Source of the DNA: Hemiscyllium ocellatum
Taxonomy: Eukaryota
DNA: 64,000 nucleotides
Direction: 5' to 3'
Assembly: GCF_020745735.1 (NCBI RefSeq)
Contig: NC_083424.1
Coordinates: 48,470,999-48,534,998 of the forward strand
Shown here piece by piece: positions 1 through 12,917 of the stretch. A model generated the notes under the pieces. That model was not told the origin of the DNA. It did not search any database and saw only the letters and a program-made list of their open reading frames with translations. A program made the translations under genes and the position numbers. The first letter of the stretch is position 1; each line of letters starts with the position of its first letter.

Positions 1-468
1 GGGGAGTTATTGTGAAATGATAAATGGGAGGAATGTAACGTTCAAAGTTTAAATCAGAATATCTCTCTGGACATTAACGTAATATTAAAGAGTTAGACGG
101 CAAAGCTGACCATTCTGGAAGTGGGTGGGGAGCAACATTCTGTCTCACGGATAGCATGCAGAAATGTGGATGACCATCCATTTTAATCTACACATCATTT
201 AGACAGTCATCTGCTATTACTCCCTCTGCTATTGTCGAGTGAAACTACCATTCATTCTCTTCCATCCAGAATTGCTTTCTGGTCATCCTCTGAAACTAGG
301 TGTGGCGAACCTGCATTGTCTTGGGGGAATCACTAAGTCAGGAAATCATCTGCATAATGATTCCCCAGGGTTAGGATATTAGTATTTGCATTATCTCCGA
401 GGATAATCTCAAACTGCCATTGTATCTGGGGTAACATGTGACTGCAAGTGACTGGGGGTTGTCTTGAG

Positions 469-1403
469 CGGGATGGGACCATTCGCCACAGCAGATTCGC
501 CGCCGACGATTAACCCTTTGACCACCGAGGACGCTTAGCCACCGCCCATTGGTCACTTAAGACGACTCGCCACCGCAAATAAGTTTAAAATGTTAGAGAA
601 TAAGCATATCTAAACTATATAAAATTGTCGTTATTTTGGTTAAGATAGTGTTTGCGTTGTTTCAGTAACAACTTATTTTCGTTACAGGAGAGTTTTTTTA
701 AAGCTTGTTTTATTTCCTCAAGTTTTCAAAATGGAAACAATTATTAGTAAACGTGAAAATAAGAAGTTTTACCACGACGGTTTTACATATGTTTTTGATA
801 AACTGTCCAAGAATGATTCAAGTATTAAGTTTTTGCGATGTGAACATTCTTATTGTGTTCTTATTAACGAATGTGTAGCTGATGTCCCTCAGTCAGTCCG
901 AGCATCTTTACCGAGGACAAGTAGCATGAAGAAAATAATTCGATGAAAGAGGAATGATAGGAGACGCAGACGATAGAATACAAAAAATTGTTCTTGAATA
1001 CGGTGAAAGAGATTATTTGGAATATCTTAGAGGAATATCGCATAACTATCAAATGAACTAAAATTTCATTGTTTAATATTAATGCGAGATTTTACTGCCA
1101 TTATAAAGATTTTAAAAATATTTTCCTTTTTCTGGTTAAAGTTTGTAACTCATTTTTATATATAAACCAATAAAATGATATTTATTTTACCTTTTTTAAA
1201 ATCAATATGTAGTTGTATAAATAAAGGGGACTTAGAAGTATGAAAGAACAGGCAGGAGGGAAAACAATCAGTACATATATATATATACTTCCGGTGGTGA
1301 ATAGTCTCCAGAGGTCAAACGACCCCAGTGGAGAAACGCTTGTGGAGAACCGGCAGTGGCTAATCATCGGCGGCGAATCTGCCATGGCAAATCGTCACCA
1401 ACC
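469..1403 (+). mobile_element. Internally deleted MULE/Mutator-like DNA transposon
   Basis: 9-bp direct repeat TGTCTTGAG at 460-468 and 1404-1412. Imperfect terminal inverted repeats (gcagattcgccgccgacgattaacc vs ggctaatcatcggcggcgaatctgc). ORF 731-946 starts like a FLYWCH domain (KKFYHDGFTYVFDK..RCE), and a transposase C-terminal remnant (YLEYLRGISHNY) is at about 1010-1050. Confidence 0.85.
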
Positions 1404-2150
1404 TGTCTTGAGTGGCACGTGACTGTGGGGGTGTGGTCAGAGCATTCTGGATTAGTGGTGCTGGAAGAGCACAGCAGTTCAGGCAGTATTCATAGTGCAG
1501 CGAAATCGACGTTTCGGGCAAAAGCCCTTCATCGGTAAGGGCTATTCTAGGAGCTTTGTCTTGCTCATGTTCTGTAATACTCCCAAAGTGACTTCTTCCA
1601 CTCTCAGGCAGTTCTTAGTAACTGACAGAGCCAACAGATGGGTGAAAACCATTTTCAGCCCTTGGGGAATTTTTGGGGAGCTGGGTGGAAAAGAAGTCAG
1701 GCTGGGTGACCAGGAAGAACAGAGGAGTTATAGAGTCACAGAGTGAGACAGCATGGAAACCGACCTGTTGGCCCAACTTGTCCATGTCAACCAGGAATCC
1801 TGAACTGAGCTTGTCCCATTTGCCTACATTTGGCTGATATCCCTCCAAACCTTTCCCATTCATGTACCTGTTCAAATGTCTTTCAAATGTAACTGTAGCC
1901 ACTATCACCACTTCTTCTGGCAGGTCATTCCAAATACACACCACTTTCTGTTTGAAAAGGTTGCTTCTCAGGACCCTTTTAAATATCCCCCCTTTCACTT
2001 TAAACCAATGCCCTATAGTTTTGCACTCCCCTACCCTTGGGAAAAAACCCTTGGCTATTCGCCTTATCTATCCCCCTCATCTATCCCACTCATGATTTTA
2101 TAAACCTTTGTAAGTTCATCCCTCAGTCTCCAGTGCTGTAATGAAAGAAG

Positions 2151-3319
2151 CTGAAAATGTGTTGCTGGAAAAGCGCAGCAGGTCAGGCAGCATCCAAGGA
2201 GCAGGAGAGTCGATGTTTCGGGCATGAGCCCTTCTTCAGGAATGAGGAAAGTGTGTCCAGCAGGCTAAGATAAAAGGTAGGGAGGAGGGACTTGGGGGAG
2301 GGGCGTTGTAAATGCGATAGGTGGAAGGAGGTCAAGGTGAGGGTGATAGGAAAGAGTGGGGGTGGGGGCGGAGAGGTCAGGAAGAAGATTGCAGGTTAGG
2401 AGGGTGGTGCTGAGTTCGAGGGATTTGACTGAGACAAGGTGGGGGGAGGGGAAATTAGGAAACTGGAGAAATCTGCGATCATCCTTTGTGGTTGGAAGGT
2501 TCCTAGGCGGAAGATGAAGCACTCTTCCTCCAGCCGTCGTGTTGCTATGGTCTGGTGATGGAGGAGTCCAAGGACCTGCATGTCTTTGGTGGATTGGGAG
2601 GGGGAGTTGAAGTGTTGAGCCACGGGGTGGTTGGGTTGGTTGGTCCAGGTGTCCCAGAGGTGGCCACAAATTCACCTGCACCTCCACACACATCATTTAC
2701 TGCATCCGCTGCATCCGATGTGGCCTCCTCTATATTGGGGAGACAGGTCGCCTACTTGCAGAACGCTTCAGGGAACACCTCTGGGACACCTGGACCAACC
2801 AACCCAACCACACCGTGGCTCAACACTTCAACTTCCCCTCTCACTCCACCAAGGACATGCAGGTCCTTGGACTCCTCCATCGCCAGATCAAAGCAACATG
2901 ACGGCTGGAGGAAGAGCGCCTCATCTTCCGCCTAGGAACCCTCCAGCCACGAGGGATGAACTCCGATTTCTCCAGTTGCCTAATTTCCCCTCCCCCCACC
3001 TTGTCTCAGTCAAATCCCTCGAAATCAGCCCCCACCTTCCTAACCTGCAATCTTCTTCCTGACCTCTCTGCCCCCACCCCCACCCCCACTCTTTCCTAAC
3101 ACCCTCACCTTGACCTCCTTCCACCTATCGCATTTCCAACGCCCCTCCTCCCTACCTTTTATCTTAGCCTGCTGGACACACTTTCCTCATTCCTGAAGAA
3201 GGGCTCATGCCCGAAACGTCGATTCTCCTGCTCCTTGGATGCTGCCTGACCTGCTGCGCTTTTCCAGCAATTCATTTTCAGCTCTGATCTCCAGCATCTG
3301 CAGTCCTCAATTTCTCTTC
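2151..3319. mobile_element. Penelope-like element fragment with inverted (tail-to-tail) halves and GIY-YIG endonuclease remnant
   Basis: + strand 2690-2990 reads IYCIRCIRCGLLYIGETGRLLAERFREHL...HFNFPSHSTKDMQVLGL. 2151-2650 is the reverse complement of the 3' part. 12-bp TSD TAATGAAAGAAG at 2139-2150 and 3320-3331. Confidence 0.88.
3189..3224 (+). ncRNA. Minimal type I hammerhead ribozyme motif in Penelope terminal repeat
   Basis: CUGAAGA - stem II (GGGC UCAU GCCC) - GAAA - CGUC, with palindromic ACGU helix III and a GUC cleavage triplet. Confidence 0.7.
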
Positions 3320-6300
3320 TAATGAAAGAAGTCCTGGCCTATTCAACCTTCCCTCTGCCAACATCCTTGTAATTTTTTCTGTACCCTTTCTAGTTTAACC
3401 ACTATAGTAGGACAACTGGAATTATGCATAGTATTCTAAAAGTGACACCACCAATGTATTGCACAGCCACAACATGACATCACAACTACTATACTCCATG
3501 CTCTGACCAATGAAGGTAAGTGTACCAAATGCCTTCTTCACCACCCTGTTTACCTGTGATGCCTTTCAAGGTATGATGTACCTGTTTTCCTGTACCCCTC
3601 TGTTCAATAACATACCCCAGGGTGCTACCATTAACTGCATAATTCCTGCCCTTATTTGTCTTACCAATATCCAACACCTCACATTTATCTAAATTAAACT
3701 TGATCTGCCACTTCTCAGCCCATTAGCCCATCTGATCAAGATCTCGTTGTATTCGTAGATAACCTTCTTCACTGTCCTCTATAGCACCAATTTTGGTGTC
3801 ATCCGCAACTTAATAACCGTACATCCTATATTCTCATCCAATTCGCTGATATGAATGTTGAACAGGATGTCTGTGATGGATTTTGTGTAAAATGTGTCTC
3901 AAGGCTTCAGCAATCTGTCCCTCACTGACACATTCATTCATGCCAATCCATGTTATCTATTGACCTATACCTATACCGTATGTTGCCTTATACACTGTAT
4001 TCCTTTGCCACCCTTTAACCACCATCCCCAAAGGTACCTAAACATCCCCAAAGGTCTCCCAGGATCATATTCGTAGATATACCCTACTGTCGAAAGGATT
4101 TACTTTGTATTTGATTTTGCCAAGTTCAGATGTGCATTTAGCAAGTCTACACTATGGGGATGCCAAAAGTTTACTTCAATGAAGGCAGGTGTTGATTTAA
4201 ATGGCCAATGGTCTCCATGAAACAAGCCTGGAACGCCTCCTGATTTACTCTCATATCTACATGTTTGGAGGCAACACAGGATAGCATGCTAGGAGTAGGA
4301 CTTGCAATTTTAGGGCACTTTCCATAATGTTAGCCATGATGGAGAGTTACAACGCAGTGAAAAGCTGGCCATGATCTTACATATTAAAACCAATAAAAGA
4401 ATTAAAAGCTTAAATTGACAGTTTAATCGGTTATATACCCTGTACACAGAAAAGACCAGATGACATTTATGAACTTAGAAAATGCTGAATGTACAACTGA
4501 GGACATTTTGAAGATGAATAAAACATTAAAGAAAGTAAGTTCTAACATTCAGTGACCTGAAAAACATGATATTAGTCCTTTTTTGATGATGCTACAATGC
4601 CAATCTTAGGTCTGGGCATTTTAGGACAGCTGGGTTGTTCCATTTTGATAGTGACAATTTAAAATGTTGTTTCTTGAACCAGCAAACTAAAAGAGTGGTT
4701 AAAAGTACCTCAAATGCAAAAACACAAATAGAAGCAATAGATGTAGGTTTTTGATGATTGAGCATTTTGAGTGCAATCCAATATAAGGGAATTCTGAGAA
4801 GAATTAGCCCAATGATTTCTGCAAGGATGCCCAGTTGACAAAGAGTATAAACAAACAACATTTTACATATTGACCTTGCTAGTACAAGAGGAGCAGGTGG
4901 ATTGATGCAGTCAGCAATTCTTGGGCAGCTTTCTAAAAATGAATGTTCCCTCAAAATATTTGCACAGGTCTTGGAAGTGTGTTGTCTTATATGGTAGTGA
5001 ATCATATGAAATATAGAAAATGATGCCTTGGTGTATATGTAGTGGATATTTTAATTAAGTACCTCAAGTATTTATGAAGAGAAATTGAGGGGCACTGGTA
5101 ATCAGTAGTGTTCAAATGTTTGCAATGTTGCACTCTGTAAATAAACTTGTCATGAAGAAATGGATTGGCTTCTCATTTCATCCTTCACCACCTGACATGA
5201 GGCTAAGTTAACAACATCACGTTTACAGGAGGAAAATGTAGGAGGCTAGCCAAGAGTCCACTGGAATAGTTATGCTGAGATACAGCAAATGCACAGCATC
5301 TGATGAGCTAAGGTGAACATCAAGTCAGGTGATGTTAAACAAATAGGTGGTCTTGGTGACATTATGGATGCATGATTAGGGTGTTTCTGATGTCAAATAT
5401 GAAACCAACATTGCAAAATGTTTAGTTCCCTTCAGACATTTAACAGAAATATGGTTTTAGATGGGGACCAAATTGGAGACCAATAACTTCAATCTTTCTC
5501 AGTAGTTAATTCTGCAAGAAAGTTCAGTTCTTTCAGTGATAGATATCAGAGAGGTTAATAATAGTGAATGGGTTGACAGAGGTTGTGTAGCTGCTGAACT
5601 GATGGTTCTCAATGCATTTATGAAAGCTGGATAATGTTGATGATGGACAGCATTGGAAGTAAAATGAGCCCAGGTATAGAATGGTGGGCGATGCCACATG
5701 TAATGTTGGAAAAGCAGGAAGTGAAGGCTTTGCAAATGATTCACAGAGTTATGATCTGATAATTAACAATGTAACTGGCAAATATAGCCTCACAGAGCTG
5801 GATGATTGGAGTGACACTGGAGGAGGTCAATAATATAAAAGGCTGGAGATCAATCATAAAGGATTGAATAGGATTGCTAGTTTTAGTTTTTATCACATTC
5901 AACTCAGATGCTATTTAGAATTTGATAAAAACTGTTTTGATATTTAACAGGCCAGAAACCTGATTGAAGAGATTCAAAAATGGAGTTCCTTGGGAACATC
6001 CATGTATAGTTAGAGATTAAAACACATTCAAAGGTTTTAGGAAAGAAAGGATGGTTGAACATGAAGCAATAATGTGCAAAGATGTGGGTGTCTAGATTTT
6101 TGAAAAGTAAAAATATGGAGAGAGAGGACACTTACCTGAAGAGAATGAATCTTTAACAATAATGTGGGGACCACAATTAAAAGCTAAGTGGTCAGCAATT
6201 TTATGGAGATGAGATCAAGGAAACAGAAATTGATTCTCAAGGACATGGTGAGCTCAGAAAGAGCAAAGAGGACTATTGGAGTCGTGTTACTGAAAAATGA

Positions 6301-6529
6301 CAATTAAGATTAAGCAAAGTTACAGAAATAGAGATCAATGAGAACATATTATGCATGAGGGAGGGCTCTTTAAAACTGACATTTAGCAAAATAGCAATTA
6401 TTCAACTCAATTATTGTCACATCTATGAATTACAATTCCGTTTTTCTAATTAAATTTGCAAAACAAAATTTACAAGATTAAAATTTGGTTTTTGCTTGGG
6501 GAGGTTGCCACAATTGGGTTCAATGAAAG

Positions 6530-7341
6530 ATACAGCAAAAGTAGCGGTGGGTTGCAGTTTACTCAGGGAGTCAGAGTTGCCGCTCTAAGGGAAACAACTG
6601 AAGAGATAGTGAAGGTGTTAATGATGATCTTTTAGGAATTGCTAGAATCATGAAAGGTCCCAGAGGACTGGGAATGTGCCAAAGTGACACCCCTTTTTAA
6701 AAAGGGAGTGAGATAAAATATGAAAAATTACAAACCAATTAGCTTAACCTTGGTTGCTGGTAAGATCCTGGAATCCATCATGAAGAATGAGATTTCTGAA
6801 CACTTGGAAGTATATGGTAATATAAGGCAAAGTCAGCATGGTTTCCTCAGGGGGAGGTCATGACTCACATATCTGCTAGAATTCTTTTGAGGAGTTAATA
6901 AGCGGGTTAGACCAATGAATGTTATTGACCTGGACATTCAAGAAGGTCTTTGGAAAGGTACTGCATAGGAGGCTATTGAGTAAGGTAAGGGCCCATGGTG
7001 TTGGAGGTAAGGTGCTAGCATGCATAGAAGATTGGCTGTTTGGTAGAAAGGAGAGAGTGGTAATAAAAGGGTCCTTCTCAGTATGGAAACTGGTAACTAG
7101 TGGTGTTCCACAATGGTCAGTGTGGGGACGACAACTTTTCACTTTATACTTTAATGATCCAGATGAAGGAACTGAAAGTATTCTAGCTATGTTTGCCGAT
7201 GATACAAAGATAAGTGGAGGGACAGGTAGTATTGTGAATGTGGGGAGGCTGCAAAATGATTTAGACACTTTAGGCGAGTGGACAACGAGGTGGCAGATGG
7301 AATACAATGTGGGAAAGCATGACTTTTGTAGGAAGTCTTAA
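6530..7341 (+). mobile_element. CR1-clade LINE reverse transcriptase fragment
   Basis: ORF 6919-7341 (KKVFGKVLHRRLLSKVRAHG...SGVPQ...FADDTKI) with upstream frameshifts. Confidence 0.85.
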
Positions 7342-7619
7342 AATAAGGATAATGATAGGGGCTCCAATATTCTTTCAATCAAATGGCTGAACAGGGTTCT
7401 CTTCTGCACTACTGACTGCCATTGGTGTGTGTTGGATGCATTGCAGGTTGATACTCAACCTGTTTGGCCGCATTATGAATGTACCTTTCTTGGTCATCAA
7501 GTGAGGAGGTGACTCTTAAACCAGGAGCTTCTGTCTCAGAGTCAAAGAATGTTACTCACTTTGTCTTAGGAACTCCTCATACAGTCAATGTCCACACCCC
7601 GACCATATTGTGAGCTATT

Positions 7620-8330
7620 TTTAAAATATTCAAAGATTCTGATTACATAGCTTCTTCCAGAAGAAGAGTTCCATAGACTCACAACCTTCTATGAGAAAAC
7701 AAGTCACCTCGTCTCCATTTCAAATGGGCAGTCTTCATTTTTAAACAGTGTTAGTTAGTTCCAGATTCTCCCACAGAGCTAACCATCCTTTCCATATCTA
7801 CCCTGTCAAAACATCTCAGGATATTATTTTTCAATCAAGTCACCTCTTAGTTTTCCAAATTCCTGTGGATACAAGCCCAGTCTGTCTAATCTTTCCTTAT
7901 GAAATAACCCTGTCCTTTCCAAGTATTAGTCTGGTAAACCTTCTCTGGCCTACTTCGCACATATTTCCATTCTTACTTAAATAGGGTAACCAACGCTGTA
8001 CAGCATTCCCCTGATGTTGTCCCATGGTGTCCTGTGTAACTGAAGCATTGCCTCTCTAATTTTCTGATTCTATTTTCCCTTGTAATATATAGTAACACTC
8101 TATTAACTTTCTTGACTATTTGCTGTACCTGCATAGTAACTATTTTTGCCATTATGCATTAAAGCTCCAGATCCCTCTGCACTTGAGAACTCTATAATGT
8201 CTCACCATTTAGCTAATAGGCTTTGTTTTAATTCTTTCTGCCAAGATGAGTAATTTCAACTTTCCCACATTAAACTCCATTTGTAAGATCTTTGCCCTGT
8301 CACTTGACCTATTTGTAGCTTACTTGCGCC
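7620..8330 (-). mobile_element. CR1-clade LINE 3' fragment
   Basis: Reverse-complement similarity to the 3' RT/tail of the other CR1 copies in the window. Confidence 0.6.
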
Positions 8331-9019
8331 CTTTTCACATCTCACTTTCTGTGTTGTTAGCAAATTTGGTAAGCGTACCTCGTTGTTTAACCAGCTCTTC
8401 AATCCAATTCCATCATATGACATTTATTGACACCAGTTTCTTTTAATTCCTATATTTCTTTGACTGAATTCAAATTCTGAAGCTGCCATGACTTACCGTT
8501 TAGTAGAGCAAACCTCGCGTTTACTGGCAAAGTGACATAAGCCACAGTCTGTTGAATGTTTTCTAATTAGAAATCAAAATTATTGTTCTCACCTCGAACT
8601 AGAGAGGACTCAGGAGTTTAGGGACCAGGGGAGCACAGCCATGCAGAGAACCCAAACCACTTAAAGGTAATTTTTAAACTCAATTATCATGAAGATGGAT
8701 CTGTTCTTGAGCTTCACTTCCTCCAGCCGGTACTCCGTGACCGTGCTATCGGCACTAACCCTTCATTGATGTTTGTTTGCCCGGCAGAAACTGAGAGTAC
8801 AACAGTACTGGCATTGCACTGAGAACTTCAAATCGCCTCCCCGGGCACATTTCCTGCCGTATCTTGTAGCAAAGTTCATTCATTCATCCGTTCACATGGG
8901 GAGGACTTTGCAGTTTTCATTCAAGGCAACTATTGAACCTGCATTTGCTGACAATTGCTGAGAGTTGCAATTTGCAGTTGAGCTGAATTTAGTTTAAACG
9001 TTCATTCGATTTATTTTCA

Positions 9020-9560
9020 AGCTCGGTTGGATCAATTATCGCAATTGTACAAGGCCCTGGTGAGACACCATCTAGAGTACTGCACAGGGTTGCTTGAGGA
9101 AGGATGTAATTGCATTGGAGGAAGTTCAAAGAAGGTCCACTCGATTAATCCAGAGATGAAAGGCTTGTTTTGTGAGGAGAGGCTGAGCGGTTTAGGCCTA
9201 TACTGCCCAGTTTTGATAAGAATGCGAGGAGATCAAATGAAGGTCTGTAAAATATTAAATGTTTCACCCTGTGAGACAATTTATAACGAGAGCTCGCAGT
9301 TTTAGGCTAAAGGGGAGTAGATTTAAAACAGAGATGAGAAGGAATTGCTTCTCTCAAAGGGTCATGACTCTGTGGAATCCAGCAGACCAGTATACGGCGG
9401 ATGCGGGGCATTGAGTAAGTTTAAGAAAGAGACAGATGGGGAAATGTTTGACGAGTAAGGGGTTTGAAGGGTTGTGCGGAGCGCCCAGGAGTGGGGAGTT
9501 GAGGCGGAGGTGAGATGAAATGACGGAGAAGGCCCTGGGATTGAGTTGCCTACTCCTGCT
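9020..9560 (+). mobile_element. CR1-clade LINE 3' fragment
   Basis: ORF 9027 (QLYKALVRHHLEYC...EERLSGLGLY) is a typical CR1 ORF2 C-terminus. Confidence 0.75.
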
Positions 9561-10002
9561 CCTCGCCCTTATGTAATTCGAGGAGTATAAAGCGGCTCTT
9601 GTAGTGCAGGGGTAGTGTGCCTATCGAGACCAGGAGGCCCGGAATCAAATCCCTAGTGCTCCAAGGATCTATAACAGCATCTCCGCAACAGGCTGATATA
9701 GGTTTCGTTTTAAATGACAAGAACCCAGGGCTACATGTGAACAGCAAGGAGGTGGGAGGAAACTGCATCAAAGCCTTCAGTTGCTGTTTCCGCACGCTCA
9801 AGCCGCCGGAGCTATTTGTGGTGAGCGACCACTTGCCTGAGAAGACTGAGCTGCCGAGCTTCCTCACCCACACACGGCTAGTTCCCTGCAGACTCCCCAC
9901 GCCCCACACCCGCGCCTTAGCCCCTGTCCAGGTAAACACGGAGCGAGTGCCTCAACCTCTGCTAACCTTCACACCGACCTCCTCCAGAGCCGCCTCGTGA
10001 AC

Positions 10003-10417
10003 ATGAACCTCCTGGTGTTGATATGGATGTCCCATTTCTGCCCAGACTGCAGCCTGGGGGCTGCCGAAGGGATTCGGGTTGAGCAGACTCCGGGAACTCT
10101 CCTGGTGACTGAAGGAGCAACAGCGAATCTAACCTGTCAATATGCAGTTGACGGAATTCAGGACTATGCAATCAACTGGCTTCATCGACCGGCGGACCGA
10201 ATTAATCAGACCGAAACAATTATTTATATGGACAAGCACAATGGAAATAAGTCAGTCCGACTGGTCCATTCAATAGACCGAGAACGAAATATTTCCCAAT
10301 TATCAATAAGCGACCTTCAGATGGGAGACAGCGGCACATATTATTGTGAATTAATGGTTTTGAATCCCCCGTCTACAAAAGAGTTGGTGGGGAAAGGAAG
10401 CATTTTGACAGTAATGG
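10003..10417 (+). CDS. V-type Ig receptor, coding exon 1: leader + V domain with J-like G strand (CD28/CTLA-4/PD-1-like)
   Basis: Open frame MNLLVLIW...LTC...INW...DSGTYYC ELMVLNPP...VGKGSILTVM. Canonical Cys-Trp-Cys. Perfect phase-1 donor G|gtaagt at 10417/10418. Upstream acceptor (ctaac...cctccag) at 9987. Confidence 0.9.
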
Positions 10418-11064
10418 GTAAGTCCCAGCATTAGCAACACACCCAGTCACAGCATTGCCTCCAGGACAAGTGTTTATTTGAGCTGTGGATGTTAAAACAA
10501 GAGCCAGCGATGAGGGGCTACTGTAGATCACGCGCCCCCACCCACAGAGTGCCAAACCCCAGGATTGCTGCGATTCCTGTTGGGGAGCGGAGGCGGGGGG
10601 GAAATTGAGCAATTCTCGCTGATAACTGTCACTCGGGCGAAGAGAATTGGATAACTTTTGAACCTCCAGCCCAATCATAAAGCAAGGTCACTTGGGGAAG
10701 GAAGAAAATGGGTGTCAAATGCAGATACTGGTTTCAGTGAATCAATATACCCGACCTGAGCACAACTTCACTTCAGCACCGTCAGTAATTGGCACCGCGG
10801 TGCGGTTAGCGTGTTAGCGGCATTTCCAGCGAAGATTTTTTTCTGATTATGGTGCAATTCAATGTTTCCAAGTAAAATTGTAAGTAGGCCACGAAACCGC
10901 TTCCCAACTCTCATTCTGTTCCCCTCGTTCGTATTTCACAACGAGGATTTGCACCATCCCCTTCCCATTTGAGAACATGAGGACCGCAGGGTGTGAATTG
11001 CACCCAATACTTGGCGCGTGTTGGTGATGCTATTAATCGACATTAACACCTCTGTATGTGTCAG

Positions 11065-11096
11065 GCGGATGTTGTGACCTCCAGATTTTCGGTCAG
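11065..11096 (+). CDS. Receptor stalk exon (G)GCCDLQIFGQ
   Basis: Acceptor tgtgtcag, donor CAG|gtgaat. Phase 1 to 0 exactly bridges the V exon and TM exon. Confidence 0.6.
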
Positions 11097-11791
11097 GTGA
11101 ATATTGAACCCTTCCCGTACAAATATATGGCAGTCAACAAGCGGAAATATAACGAATCCCGAATTTTATTGACTTTACCCGAATGTTAGGTTTTACGGGA
11201 CTCAGTTTTAAGTTGATGTTCATTGCTTGTTGCTGCATAGAGTTTCTTTTTAAACTCGGGAAAAGCAAAATCGGTAAAAAGAAACCAACCTTAAACCAAA
11301 CACAATGAAAATTCCGACTAAATCATGTCGCAGAAATCCTGCGCAATATCCTCGATTTTCAACCTCGGGGCGAGCAGTCTATAGAACATTCATGTTTCTG
11401 GGGGAAAAAATGACCGAATGGCCGGTCAGGACATTGGGTGATTAACTGTAAGTTATCTGGGCTGTTTTGGATGTAATTTTAACGTTTTTGTTGTTTTACG
11501 TTTAACTGAGAGAACACGTTTCCCAAAGCATCTCAAGAGGAGAAATATCTGCGGGGTTCTCTTGTACTCTTGACGCATGCAAATAAAAGTTATGACTTGA
11601 AGGAAACTCATAAAACATAGGTACACTTTTGGGTCATCTCATAGACGGAGGGTGCAATGATAATAATGACTTCTTACGTGGTTTCAATTAAAATAGTTGA
11701 ACGATGCATTTGTCGGCACAGATTTTCACTTTAGATTCATGTAATTTTCTTTTAAGAGCGCGATCAATGCAGAAATCTGTTCCCTTACCAG

Positions 11792-11858
11792 TTGCTGTGT
11801 ATACCCCTGATATTATGCGTTATTTTCCTTTCTGTGGTTTTCAACAAGAAAGCGAAAC
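11792..11858 (+). CDS. Receptor transmembrane exon LLCIPLILCVIFLSVVFNKKAK
   Basis: Acceptor cccttaccag, donor C|gtgagt. 17 hydrophobic residues followed by a basic stop-transfer segment. Confidence 0.85.
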
Positions 11859-12618
11859 GTGAGTACTACACTTTTATTAGAAATTTTAGGTGCGTATCTC
11901 CCACTTTTCTCAAACATATCAAGTATTACCACGATTTATTATATCAATGTCGGAACTTAATACAACGCTAGAATATAACAGATGCTTGACCGAAAACGGT
12001 GAATCTCTCGTTTCTTATGTACACAACGTGGGATAGAATCACTAAATAAAACAGTCGAAATGCATTGTTAAAGCTCAGTTCGTGTACGATAACTAGAACG
12101 TATCAGCGTCTGTAATTGTCGCACATGTTGAACGTGAGGTATATTCTATTTCTGAACAGGCCGACGTTCGCATTAGGTGACACCCAGAGAAAAGTAATCA
12201 TCCGGCACAAGCAGCTTCTCTCAGTTTGTGTATAGTATTGATCTCTAGTGAATAAGTTAATGTAACATTTGAAGGCCACGTCTTCGACAAATCTTGAGAA
12301 AATTATATTTTCAAACTTCTTATTAGTGTCTCAACGAAACCGAAATCTACTCAAGTTTCAATTACCAATCCATTCCATATCGACTATTTAAGCATAGAGT
12401 TATAGGGTTCTACTAGGCAGAAAAGGGCCCTTCAGCCCATCGACACTGCCCGTTAAAAACAAGAATCTAACGATTCCATTCCCATTTTCAGCACTTGGTC
12501 TGTACCCTGTGTGTTTTGGCCAATTATGACTTTTTTTCCTGCCTACAAAAACGCATCATTATGAATTAGAGGGAACGAGGTGCTCTCATTCGAATGTAAC
12601 TGTTACCTATATCCTCAG

Positions 12619-12688
12619 CAGATGTTCGTCGCTTTTCTAAAATAAAGAATCCTGTTATCCTCTCCCGGAGTTCTTTGGCTACTGGGCG
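12619..12688 (+). CDS. Receptor cytoplasmic exon (P)DVRRFSKIKNPVILSRSSLATG(R)
   Basis: Acceptor atcctcag (tandem CAGCAG), donor CG|gtatgc. Phase 1 to 2, complemented by the next exon. Confidence 0.55.
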
Positions 12689-12917
12689 GTATGCATTGTT
12701 CTTGTGTCCTGACTCAGTACAAGCCGCCTTACATTAACTTCATTTGTCCCTTGGCTGTTTTCGTCTAGACTTTGATTTGGGGTCATTTTCTGAATTAAAA
12801 TCTACTGAGCTCTCCAAAACCTATCATTTTGAGACAAGCCAAGTGTTCCCTGCTCTCAGTTTAGTACATAACGGTGCAGAGCACCGACTGACCTCAATAG
12901 TACTATACACAGGCTGA

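Larger units (their letters stand above)
1724..3870 (-). mobile_element. CR1-clade LINE 3' fragment, split by a Penelope insertion at 2151-3319
   Basis: Degenerate RT C-terminal peptides (NLFKQKVVCIWNDLPEEVV) and the tail shared with other CR1 copies. Sequence is continuous across the insertion through the TSD. Confidence 0.8.

Noticed and set aside
383-394. Octamer ATTTGCAT near the window start
   Set aside because: No leader or V exon follows; it lies in repeat-like flank.
9550-10171. ORFs 9617-10000, 9550-9939 and 9962-10171
   Set aside because: They overlap a repeat and the promoter or antisense strand of the V exon, with no recognisable domain.
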